A program made the translations under genes and the position numbers. The notes under the pieces are model-generated. The model was given only the letters and a program-made list of their open reading frames with translations. It searched no databases and had not been told where the DNA came from. Below, one piece after another: positions 1-7,977 of a DNA stretch of 64,000 nucleotides. The stretch's first letter is position 1. Every line of letters starts with the position of its first letter. Location of the stretch: the NCBI GenBank assembly GCA_964507425.1, contig CAZDQD010000053.1, positions 12,156-76,155 on the forward strand, read 5' to 3'. The DNA is from an uncultured Vicinamibacteraceae bacterium. Its GTDB lineage: Bacteria; Acidobacteriota; Vicinamibacteria; Vicinamibacterales; UBA8438.

Positions 1-2757
1 AGAATCGCCGAACGCCACATAAACCGCATCGGTCGCTTTCCACTCACCACCCCGGTCTGCTCGCAGCTGCATCTCGGCAGATCGCGCATATACCGGAAGC
101 TGCAGCGACACGGTAGCTTGCGGCTGTCGCCCTGCTTTATAGTCAACGACTCTAAAGGTGTTGTCCGCGTAAAGGTCGAGACGATCAACCTGACCTCGAA
201 GCTCAACTACAGATATTTCAGCGCCACTGGTAACTTCAACTTTTCCCTCAATTTTGTATTCGAGTAACCGCTCGACAACCTCTGACGGATCTTCAATTTC
301 CCAAACAAAAACACGCTCCGCCACACCGGGTTCTCCGACGGACCCCAGCAACCACGAACGAATCAATCCCCGGTTTTGGCAATCAAGCCCTTCAATCAAC
401 TCATCAACCACAACCGAGAATTGTTCAAGCGCATCCTCTAGATTGGTCAATGTGATGGCCTGCTTTCCCTCTGCCTGCCAACGTCTAAAAAACTTTTCGA
501 GAACGTCGTGCAGCAACCGGCCGCGTTCTTGTGACGTCAGTATCTCCCTATCGTCCTGTCTTATTTCGCCTTCCAGCCCTAGCACATCATGTGCAAAATA
601 TTTGAACGGACATTGAAGGTAGCGTTCGAGTGAACTAACAGCATGGCTCTGAACAGACTCCGGCAGTGTGACAGTTGGCTCCGCAGGAAATCTTTCGTGA
701 CTGATCCGCTCTAGTCGACTCTCATACCACCGGCCCCAACGTTGAGGATCGATGGGAACACTAGAACCACCAGTCCTAGGTGTATTAGTTGCAACTCGTT
801 CCCTATGAGAGCCGCCCTTTTCAAGGTGAACTCGTGGCAACTCATCCCTGCTGAGATCGTCCAGTAGAGGTGACGTAACTACCTTCGTGTCATTCTCAAG
901 CTGAAAAGTTGACAGCGTTAGGTGACACCGCGGTAAACCCATAAGGTCGTCGAATGCCGCTCGACCCGCACGAAGGCAATCGGGCTCACGTGGCCATCCA
1001 AGGCCACGCAGTAAAAACCCCGGATAAAAAATATTCCGCTGTCTCGGCGTCAACCATTCACCGTCTACCAACCCAGCGAGAAAGACATCATCAAATACCC
1101 CGTAAATAGCGGCATCGGCATCGACAATATGAAGCGTGCCACAATCACGTTTCGCCATCTGCTCAGGCCTAGATGTCTTATTTTCGATCCAACGATGGAC
1201 CAACATCGATACACGTGAGAAATCACCGATCTCTTGGCTGTCCTTCGCCTGGGCATATGCAACTTCAAGCTCGTGCAACCCATTCCAAACCATGTCTCGG
1301 ACCAACCTAGTACGATCAGCGGCAACAGTCCCATCAAGTTTCGACGCGTGCTTAACAAGAAATAAACGTAGCGCTAAAAGATGCGCTTCAACTGACTGTT
1401 GGGCCCGAAGAGCCTCCAGCTCTCGCACAACGGCCAGCGCGCATCCCAGCACATGTAGAACATTAGGATTTGTTGGTGGTGCTTCTCGCCATTGTTCTAG
1501 GCATACGTCCAGTCCATCACAACCGCCACCGAAACCGGAATCCGACAAGGCTCGATCGAAACTCAATAATGGGCCAGAACCGACAACCGATTGCTCATAC
1601 TGAAATTCAAAATGAGGTGAAGCCAAAAGTGCGACCAATGCTCTCCGCGAAAAATTAGTTTGAACACAATCTATGACGAGGTCCACGGCAGCCACATACG
1701 GTTCCACTGCAAGTGGAAGCCCGTGACCAAAGTTCAAAGTCTTCCGTACCGAATCAAATGCAGATCCCGCCAGATATACGTAAGGTAGCGGCCTTTGCAC
1801 AACAACTGCGGAAACCTCCGCATCGCGTTTATCCACTTGAACTGCTATGCCGTTTAGTTCGTCTTCTCGGTCCCTCCAAACAAAATAATCTTGACTATCA
1901 GCCACATCAGGCACTGCCAGAGCCGGACCTTGGCCAGCGCTTTCGACTCGTTCCTCAGTAAAACCAGGTAGCCAATCCTCGAGCCTCTCACGATAACCAC
2001 TGTCAAGTAATGAGTCCGTAGCAATCAGCGTTATTTGCTTCAAATTTGGCAATCGAGTCAAAAGATCAAAATCAGCAGGATAGAGCCCAAGCGGGTGGGC
2101 CGCCTCATCCGGCACAGTCACAATCAGCTCAACAATTTGTTGAAATTCATTCGCCGCCAGAAGCAACTTCCGCAATTGATGCTCGTCAACACCAACGAGA
2201 CTTTCGCGTCGCCGCTCATAGGCACGGAATACCGATACCAAGAAGTGTGTCTGCTCTAGTAATCGCTGCGCTCCATGATCAAAATTGACTGTTGGTTCAA
2301 GTTCGCCCAGTACTAGACGTTCAAATGAATCAATGGATTGCTTGCGTCTACGGAGTTCGTCATAAAACCCAACGATTTCACCAACTAAGCGCGGACGAAC
2401 CTTAAAAGGAGGTCGCGATCCTGACTTAAGAGCTTCACGACACGCTGTGCTGATAGCCACTTCTCTTTCGACTTCTGTGAGAGCGATCGGCTCGGGTGAA
2501 AGCCGTGTTCTCATCCAGTCATACCAATCCGTACGTGTCAACAACGCTGGCAGCGTCTCCTTGCACCCTCCCACCCTAAGTGTTCTACGTAACTCAACTA
2601 CGGCACCATTCGTTGGGACCAACACGGCGCAGGATGACGCCTCAGAATGGTTGTACGAGCACACCCGTTCCAGGATCACACGCTGGAACATAGTCAAATT
2701 TTTTACGCGAACAAGACGCGTCTGTCTCGAACCGATCACAGGACAATTGTGAACCAT
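1..2757 (-). CDS. addB: AddB/RecB-like PD-(D/E)XK nuclease family protein (double-strand-break repair subunit-B-like); C-terminus runs off the left edge of the window
   Basis: Absent from the ORF track because there is no stop inside the window. Hand translation of the reverse complement from ATG at 2757 (in-frame TAA at 2760-2758) stays open to position 1; frame spot-checked at 2100, 1440, 660 and 60. It reads MVHNCPVIGSRQTRL...AVLVPTNGAVVELRR...SLERYLQCPFKYFAHDVLGL...RGQVDRLDLYADNTFRVVDYKAGRQP, which are RecB-family nuclease motifs. Plus-strand track ORFs 254-2752 are S/T/R-rich antisense artefacts. Confidence 0.8.
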   Translation of the reverse strand, partial: MVHNCPVIGSRQTRLVRVKNLTMFQRVILERVCSYNHSEASSCAVLVPTNGAVVELRRTLRVGGCKETLPALLTRTDWYDWMRTRLSPEPIALTEVEREVAISTACREALKSGSRPPFKVRPRLVGEIVGFYDELRRRKQSIDSFERLVLGELEPTVNFDHGAQRLLEQTHFLVSVFRAYERRRESLVGVDEHQLRKLLLAANEFQQIVELIVTVPDEAAHPLGLYPADFDLLTRLPNLKQITLIATDSLLDSGYRERLEDWLPGFTEERVESAGQGPALAVPDVADSQDYFVWRDREDELNGIAVQVDKRDAEVSAVVVQRPLPYVYLAGSAFDSVRKTLNFGHGLPLAVEPYVAAVDLVIDCVQTNFSRRALVALLASPHFEFQYEQSVVGSGPLLSFDRALSDSGFGGGCDGLDVCLEQWREAPPTNPNVLHVLGCALAVVRELEALRAQQSVEAHLLALRLFLVKHASKLDGTVAADRTRLVRDMVWNGLHELEVAYAQAKDSQEIGDFSRVSMLVHRWIENKTSRPEQMAKRDCGTLHIVDADAAIYGVFDDVFLAGLVDGEWLTPRQRNIFYPGFLLRGLGWPREPDCLRAGRAAFDDLMGLPRCHLTLSTFQLENDTKVVTSPLLDDLSRDELPRVHLEKGGSHRERVATNTPRTGGSSVPIDPQRWGRWYESRLERISHERFPAEPTVTLPESVQSHAVSSLERYLQCPFKYFAHDVLGLEGEIRQDDREILTSQERGRLLHDVLEKFFRRWQAEGKQAITLTNLEDALEQFSVVVDELIEGLDCQNRGLIRSWLLGSVGEPGVAERVFVWEIEDPSEVVERLLEYKIEGKVEVTSGAEISVVELRGQVDRLDLYADNTFRVVDYKAGRQPQATVSLQLPVYARSAEMQLRADRGGEWKATDAVYVAFGDS

Positions 2758-2987
2758 TTAAGGCTGCCAATTAACTAGGAATCTTACTGACTGTTGGTTA
2801 TGGAGATTCAAATACTGTCGAATACGAGGATTCCAAACCGAGCCACATTGTTTTCAGTGTGTATCGCCTGTGGAAAAACTGTGGATGTCGTGTTGAATCA
2901 CCGATGAAATATTTTTTTTTCTTAACAATTCACTGAGCACCTTCAGACTTAGTCGCATGTGGATGGAGTCTTCGTGTTTTGCTTCGC

Positions 2988-3015
2988 TTGACCAGTTGTC
3001 ACAGCGCAATAAAAT
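2988..3015 (+). promoter_or_regulatory. candidate sigma70 promoter (TTGACC, 16 nt spacer, TAAAAT) upstream of the 3055 small ORF
   Basis: TTGACC at 2988-2993 and TAAAAT at 3010-3015 sit in an AT-rich intergenic stretch. Found by eye only. Confidence 0.3.
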
Positions 3016-3054
3016 TCCCCTGTCAGCCGTGCTAATCACGTTGGCATCGAAATT

Positions 3055-3270
3055 GTGACCGTCCATCACTTCGAAGAGACAATAAACGGCCGTTGCTACG
3101 CTATTGAAGTAACACCAGCCCTGGGAAACCGTTGGCGAGCCTACCTCGTTCGTGCTTCTGGTGGCCCTACTGCTCTCATGCCCTTCTACGGAGGAACCCC
3201 GCAGGAAGCTGCTGCGAGTCTTGTCACCTGGCTGTCATTGGCTCACCATATCACCGCGGATTCTGTATAG
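3055..3270 (+). CDS. small hypothetical protein (71 aa)
   Basis: GTG-start ORF with protein-like composition (MTVHHFEETINGRCYAIEVTPALGNRWRAYLVRASGGPTALMPFYGGTPQEAAASL...). A promoter-like motif lies upstream. No family recognised. Confidence 0.4.
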   Translation: MTVHHFEETINGRCYAIEVTPALGNRWRAYLVRASGGPTALMPFYGGTPQEAAASLVTWLSLAHHITADSV

Positions 3271-3297
3271 TACGAACGTTCGGACAAACGAGACCCA

Positions 3298-4374
3298 ATG
3301 CGTTTTTTGTTGCAGTTACTGCTCGCAGCAGCCCTGTGCGTGGTTGCACAGCCAGATCTTGGTGAAGGGGCCCAATCTAGCCAACGTCCGATAGTCCGAC
3401 TAATCGCTACAGGCGGGACAATCGCAAATCATCCAGACGGCCGTCTCACGGCTTCTGAGCTCATTGAACTTATCCCATCGATCAACCGCCACGTCGATGT
3501 CGAGACTGAGCAATTCGCTAACCTGCCAAGTAGTTCTGTCACCGTAGACCAGTGGCTGATGCTTGCACAGCGCTTGAACGAACTTTTTCGAGAACGGTTA
3601 GACCTGACTGGTGTTGTAGTAACAAGCGGAACCGACACACTCGAGGAAACAGCCTACTTTCTCAACCTGACAGTCAAAACCGACCGCCCGATAGTAGTAG
3701 TGGGCGCAATGCGAATGCCAAATGCACCTGGCTATGATGGCGCATCGAACCTGCTTGATGGTTTTCGTGTGGCTTCATCGCCAGCTTCCGTTAATCGTGG
3801 CGTTCTCGTCGTAATGAACAATCAAATTCACAGTGCCCGCGATGTCACAAAAAGTCACGCGCAACTTCTCGACGCTTTCAAATCCAGTCCACGCGGCATT
3901 CTTGGAACCGTAGATACGGGCCGGGTAATTTTCCACCGTCGTTCCAATAAACTTCACACTCACCGCTCCGAATTCGACCTGGGGGGTTTAGTGGGACTCC
4001 CTAGGGTTGACGTGGTACTAAGTTACCTCGGTGCGTCTGGCGATCTAATTTTGGCAGCGCAGCAGAATGGAATTGCAGGCTTAGTGATCGCCGGGGCTGG
4101 CGCTGGGTCGACAACACCGGAGCAACGCAATGCGATAAAACAGCTCGCCTCGGTAGACGTGCCTGTGGTCATCACTACCCGTACCGGAAGTGGGCGCGTA
4201 CCAGCCAGGCGACGTCAAACGAACCCCACTCGGGCTCAATCAGAAAGACTCTATAACCCTGACCGTATTGCAGGCGAGGACCTTTCTCCAGTAAAAGCGC
4301 GCGTGCTTTTGATGCTTGCTCTAACCAAAACGACCGAGCCGACAGAAATACAACGGATGTTCATAAGCTACTAG
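3298..4374 (+). CDS. ansB: L-asparaginase, type II-like, with N-terminal signal peptide
   Basis: Signal peptide MRFLLQLLLAAALCVVAQ. Catalytic motifs IATGGTIAN and VVTSGTDTLEETAYFL. C-terminal LSPVKARVLLMLALTK is typical of the asparaginase family. Confidence 0.9.
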   Translation: MRFLLQLLLAAALCVVAQPDLGEGAQSSQRPIVRLIATGGTIANHPDGRLTASELIELIPSINRHVDVETEQFANLPSSSVTVDQWLMLAQRLNELFRERLDLTGVVVTSGTDTLEETAYFLNLTVKTDRPIVVVGAMRMPNAPGYDGASNLLDGFRVASSPASVNRGVLVVMNNQIHSARDVTKSHAQLLDAFKSSPRGILGTVDTGRVIFHRRSNKLHTHRSEFDLGGLVGLPRVDVVLSYLGASGDLILAAQQNGIAGLVIAGAGAGSTTPEQRNAIKQLASVDVPVVITTRTGSGRVPARRRQTNPTRAQSERLYNPDRIAGEDLSPVKARVLLMLALTKTTEPTEIQRMFISY

Positions 4375-4437
4375 TCGACCGTTGCTTATCGTTGACGTAA
4401 CCTGGTCGGGGGTTACTGTGAGTCGCACAATAATTTC

Positions 4438-4770
4438 ATGTCAGTTGAAACGTTTACAGCGGGGCTCCCCAATTACCACCCACTTCTCGTGCATTTTCCA
4501 ATTGGCCTCCTGGTATACGCAACGGTCATGGATGTCATACAGGTCATCCTCCGTCGACCAACCAAGCTAAAAAACACCTCGCCGCTCTATCTTGCAGGTA
4601 CAGTGTTACTTGCATTGGCTTATTTTTCTGGCCGTGATTCCTCTGCCATGTATGTATTTGCTGTCACTAGTTTGATCGGTTTGGTCCTACTCGTAACAAC
4701 TTCCGACCTAGGCGATCGGCTAGTTTACCGCTATGGCGTTGGCGTCGTGACTGTATCTGCCTCACCATAA
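4438..4770 (+). CDS. DUF2231-like small integral membrane protein
   Basis: HPLLVHFPIGLL motif and several hydrophobic helices. Confidence 0.55.
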   Translation: MSVETFTAGLPNYHPLLVHFPIGLLVYATVMDVIQVILRRPTKLKNTSPLYLAGTVLLALAYFSGRDSSAMYVFAVTSLIGLVLLVTTSDLGDRLVYRYGVGVVTVSASP

Positions 4771-4795
4771 ACACGCTTCGTCCAACATTGTTGAG

Positions 4796-6130
4796 ATGCG
4801 CTTCGCCCACTTTTGGTTAATGAGCCGCTTGTCTGTAACTATGGCTCTGCTGGTGCCGTTCTTTGCCGTAACAGCGCAAGAACTTCCGAAGACCACGGAC
4901 CCACAAACAAACCAACAACGGCTTCGTGTCACGTTAGAACACCGAAGCCGAGCCGAACACCTGACTAATGATTTTAGAATTGGCGAAAAAAGTGCCACGC
5001 GAGCACTTGTAGAGAGAACCAGACTCCGGATTAGGCTTGGCAAGAATACGGATCCAGCTCGGGTTCTTGTAGAAATGCAGGATTCCCGTGGATTGCTGCA
5101 AGATAAACCTTTTTTTTACGAGGACAACCACACCAACACATTTGATTTCTTGCAATTGAAAGCGGACTTCTTGCTGGATGAATTAATTCGAGGTAAACCA
5201 GTAGAACTTCACGTCGGACGCTTCACAATAGACCTCGGGAACAGAAGGCTAGTTGCCCGTAACAACATGCGAAACACCACTAATGCATTTGATGGCATCC
5301 ACCTAGACCTTGGATCGAATAGTTCAAACCAACTGGACGTCTTTATCACGCGTCCGGTGCTCATCAACCCAACTTCGTTGGACAGTAGTGCACGTAATGG
5401 TTATTTCTGGGGAAGCTACTATCAGGAACGGCTGAACCCAAACACGAACATTGATTTTTATTACTTGGGTCTCCATGATGACGGCCGCTTGGGCTACGAG
5501 GCTACGTATACAACCCTAGGAACGCGCCTCAACAAAAGTGGCATGCGTGGACAATTTAACTACGAGCTCGAATCGGCGTGGCAGTTCGGAAGCACAAATA
5601 ATCTGTCTCATTCCGCACATTTCCAACATGGGAGTTTCGGTTATACAGCTCCCCTCAGATGGGAACCAAACCTTTCTGTGAATTACGACTACGCAAGCGG
5701 TGATAGTGAGCCACAGGATAAACGTTTTGGCACATTCGATACGTTGTTTGGTGCACGAAGCTTCGAACTAAATTCGACGGGCATCTATGGACCATTTCTG
5801 AGGAGCAACCTGCACACGCCAGGGCTCAATCTTCAACTACGACCTAAAACGAAACTTCAGATCGAAGTTTCATATCGGCTGTTCTGGCTCGCACAACCAA
5901 CGGACCATTGGGTTGATTCGGGGCTACACGATCCAACCGGCAATTCTGGCAGCTTCCTCGGGCAACAGATTGAAGCCAAGCTTCGTATGGATGTACAGGA
6001 TTACTTTCACGTTGAGTTCGGATACGCTCACCTCTTCAAAGGTGATTACCTAGCACGCGTACCGATGAGCCCGGCGACCCCTAACTCAAACTTTGTTTAC
6101 GCAGCAGTGAATTTCAAAACGCCACTTTGA
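4796..6130 (+). CDS. outer-membrane beta-barrel protein, alginate-export (AlgE-like) family
   Basis: Signal peptide ending AVTAQ. N-terminal LRVTLEHRSRAEH...RTRLRIRLG and HVGRFTIDLGNRRLVARNNMRNTTNAFDGIHLDL resemble the Alginate_exp family. Alternating beta-strand pattern runs to the C-terminus. Confidence 0.6.
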   Translation: MRFAHFWLMSRLSVTMALLVPFFAVTAQELPKTTDPQTNQQRLRVTLEHRSRAEHLTNDFRIGEKSATRALVERTRLRIRLGKNTDPARVLVEMQDSRGLLQDKPFFYEDNHTNTFDFLQLKADFLLDELIRGKPVELHVGRFTIDLGNRRLVARNNMRNTTNAFDGIHLDLGSNSSNQLDVFITRPVLINPTSLDSSARNGYFWGSYYQERLNPNTNIDFYYLGLHDDGRLGYEATYTTLGTRLNKSGMRGQFNYELESAWQFGSTNNLSHSAHFQHGSFGYTAPLRWEPNLSVNYDYASGDSEPQDKRFGTFDTLFGARSFELNSTGIYGPFLRSNLHTPGLNLQLRPKTKLQIEVSYRLFWLAQPTDHWVDSGLHDPTGNSGSFLGQQIEAKLRMDVQDYFHVEFGYAHLFKGDYLARVPMSPATPNSNFVYAAVNFKTPL

Positions 6131-6174
6131 ACGAGAAAACCTAGCCGCAACACGAACTCAACTGCGGTAAAGAG

Positions 6175-6250
6175 TGGTGGACCAGACGGGGGTCGAACCC
6201 GTGACCTCGTGAATGCCATTCACGCGCGCTCCCAACTGCGCCACTGGCCC
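6175..6250 (-). tRNA. tRNA-Ala (anticodon GGC), 76 nt with encoded CCA
   Basis: Reverse complement is GGGCCAGTGGCGCAGTTGGGAGCGCGCGTGAATGGCATTCACGAGGTCACGGGTTCGACCCCCGTCTGGTCCACCA. It folds as a cloverleaf with anticodon loop AUGGCAU, the G3:U70 alanine identity pair and T-loop GGTTCGA. Confidence 0.9.
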
Positions 6251-6289
6251 TCCGAACTATTTTATTGTACGACCGTGCGGCTTGGGGGA

Positions 6290-6922
6290 TCAACGCTCTC
6301 GATTTTCCCTCGGAAAAGGTCGGCCGGTTAGACGCTCATAGTCAGACGGTGTATCAATATCAGCAAACGCCCCCTCATCATCTACAGGCACGTTTACAGC
6401 TACATGTCCGTAGGATCGAACCACTGGCTTTGCCCCTTCACTTAGCGATGCCTGACGTAGTTTTGTAAAAAGTTCTCGATCGAAAATTACCGGGTGTCCA
6501 TGTTCACTATCGTCTAATCTTGTTGGTCTGACAATAGGGGCTCGCGCCGATTTATATGTATCAAGTAGCGTTTGAACGGTCTCAACCGTTACGAGTGGTA
6601 CATCAACCAGCGTAACCAACACTGCATCGGCACCAACCTGTTCAACGGTCTCAAGACCAACCAACAACGAAGAGAGTTGTCCCCTCGTAGGGTCCGGATT
6701 AACTACTACACGTGGCATCTTTTCCGTACCTTTTAGTGCTACATGAACATCGTCTAGCCCAACATCTCCAGCCACAACAACAACTTCATCGACACCTGCA
6801 GTAACCAGCACACGGACAATACGACTAAGAAACGTCTCGTTTTGATCGATCGGCAGAAGAGCTTTAGGCCGTCCCATCCGTGAGGAACGGCCGCCAGCCA
6901 GAATGATGCCGGGGATTGTCAC
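6290..6922 (-). CDS. MobA/MocA-like nucleotidyltransferase (molybdenum cofactor nucleotidylyltransferase family)
   Basis: N-terminal GIILAGGRSSRMGRPKALLPI signature of the NTP_transf_3/MobA-like family. Confidence 0.75.
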   Translation of the reverse strand: MTIPGIILAGGRSSRMGRPKALLPIDQNETFLSRIVRVLVTAGVDEVVVVAGDVGLDDVHVALKGTEKMPRVVVNPDPTRGQLSSLLVGLETVEQVGADAVLVTLVDVPLVTVETVQTLLDTYKSARAPIVRPTRLDDSEHGHPVIFDRELFTKLRQASLSEGAKPVVRSYGHVAVNVPVDDEGAFADIDTPSDYERLTGRPFPRENRER

Positions 6923-6945
6923 ACTGTAATGCTACAATTTGCAGG

Positions 6946-7197
6946 ATGGTTGAGTTTAACGTTCAGATCCGCTGTCAGCGGTGTGGTGAACAAATGGAGT
7001 TGCGTGACCCGGCCCAGGACCAGCCTTGGCCCCCAAACCAATTCTGGAAATGCCCAACGTGTGGCCGTAATTTTTGGACCACGTATCCCCCACCGAAAAA
7101 ACCGAAACCTGCCGAGCCCGCGAAGCCGACGGAGGCAGCGGCTGCACCAAAGCCCAAAACGGAGGCAGCGGCTGCACCAAAGCCAGAATCTGCTTGA
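6946..7197 (+). CDS. small zinc-ribbon protein with Pro/Ala/Lys-rich repeated tail
   Basis: CQRCGEQ...CPTCG (two CxxC pairs) followed by PPPKKPKPAEPAKPTEAAAAPKPKTEAAAAPKPESA. I prefer ATG at 6946 over the track TTG at 6916, which overlaps the divergent gene. Confidence 0.45.
   Translation: MVEFNVQIRCQRCGEQMELRDPAQDQPWPPNQFWKCPTCGRNFWTTYPPPKKPKPAEPAKPTEAAAAPKPKTEAAAAPKPESA
7129..7184 (+). repeat. tandem duplication, 30-nt period (two identical 26-nt cores)
   Basis: ACGGAGGCAGCGGCTGCACCAAAGCC occurs at 7129-7154 and again at 7159-7184, encoding TEAAAAPKP twice in frame. Confidence 0.9.
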
Positions 7198-7293
7198 TAG
7201 GTGCGTCTTCTCGACAAGATATTAGATCACAAAATACTTCCTAAACTCCTGAATCAAACGGAGTTTTGCCTTTCTTGGACGAGAAGTAATCTC

Positions 7294-7453
7294 TTGACTT
7301 CTAACTGGGACCTCAATAAACTGCGAGCTTCCAGTCGAGGCGCTTCGGTCGATGAATGCCCTTGAAAGCGAAGGGCATCTCCTCTGTGCGATCGGCTAGA
7401 GGGCGTCGTGTTCCGTCGATCGTGGCGGGTCCGCGCGCCTGCGGAGGTACGGT
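7294..7453 (+). promoter_or_regulatory. candidate promoter plus long structured 5' leader of the cold-shock gene
   Basis: TTGACT at 7294-7299, 17 nt spacer, TAAACT at 7317-7322. Perfect 8-bp hairpin ATGCCCTT/AAGGGCAT at 7356-7378. Long structured 5' UTRs are typical of csp mRNAs. Confidence 0.35.
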
Positions 7454-7660
7454 ATGCCAAACGGCACGATTGCACGTTTGCTGATTGACAAGGGATTCGG
7501 ATTCATCCGGGACGAGGCCGGAGTGGAGCATTTCTTCCATCGAAGTTCAGTCCGCAGCGCTGTGTTTGAACTCCTTCGGGAGGGCCAGCGGGTTGAGTTC
7601 ACGGAGGAACAGTCGGACAAAGGCCCAAGGGCCGGTGAAGTCCGCTTGCTCGAAGGTTAG
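7454..7660 (+). CDS. cold-shock domain protein (CspA family)
   Basis: 68 aa. KGFGFI RNP-1-like motif, then VEHFFHRSSV and GQRVEFTEEQSDKGPRA. Confidence 0.9.
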   Translation: MPNGTIARLLIDKGFGFIRDEAGVEHFFHRSSVRSAVFELLREGQRVEFTEEQSDKGPRAGEVRLLEG

Positions 7661-7830
7661 CCGCAGGTTGGACCAATAGTCCGCCCTTGCGATATTTGGT
7701 GTCGGCCCGTAAGTTCGGCGTGTAGTCCGGTAAACGGTGAGCGGTTATCCTGGCTCGCAGCAAGGGCCCGCTCGCACAATGGCGGCACGCCACCTCTCGT
7801 AGTGGGCTCAAGGTCTTAAGTTTGCTCTTT

Positions 7831-7927
7831 GGAAGCGAACGGGGCCCGGTGGCCCTCCCGGTCTTCAAAACCGGTCGCTCCCCGCTAGCGCGGGGGGGCT
7901 GGGTTCGACTCCCCGGCGCTTCCGCCA
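7831..7927 (+). tRNA. selC: tRNA-Sec (selenocysteine, anticodon UCA), 97 nt with encoded CCA
   Basis: GGAAGCGA acceptor, 2-nt linker, 6-bp D stem GGGGCC/GGCCCU with 4-nt loop. Anticodon stem CCGGU/ACCGG with loop CUUCAAA (UCA). 8-bp variable arm (CUCCCCGC-UAGC-GCGGGGGG), T-loop UUCGACU, discriminator G, CCA. One A-G mismatch at acceptor pair 8 and one U-C mismatch in the T stem. Confidence 0.85.
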
Positions 7928-7977
7928 ACGCATTCACGTTTTGGCACGTGACAGGGACGATTATCCATTTGTCACAT

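Noticed and set aside
254-2752. Seven plus-strand track ORFs (up to 155 aa) with S/T/R/P-rich translations
   Set aside because: They are antisense to the continuous minus-strand AddB-like reading frame, which has clear nuclease motifs. Their composition is typical of antisense artefacts.
2854-3069. Minus-strand 71-aa ORF between the addB-like start and the 3055 ORF
   Set aside because: It lies in an AT-rich intergenic stretch, contains the promoter-like TTGACC/TAAAAT for the plus-strand gene, overlaps that gene's start, and has no SD or recognisable family. It is probably spurious.
2760-6250. Possible genomic islet integrated at the 3' end of tRNA-Ala (small ORFs, asparaginase, DUF2231, alginate-export-like OMP)
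   Set aside because: There is no integrase or recombinase, and I saw no direct repeat of the tRNA 3' end at the distal boundary. The gene content is not mobile-element-like.
7716-7811. Possibility that the structured spacer upstream of selC is the 4.5S/SRP RNA
   Set aside because: The universally conserved domain IV core is absent: there is no GNRA tetraloop flanked by ...AGG.CC / GG.AGCA.... The AGCA present here is base-paired in the apical stem rather than forming the symmetric loop.
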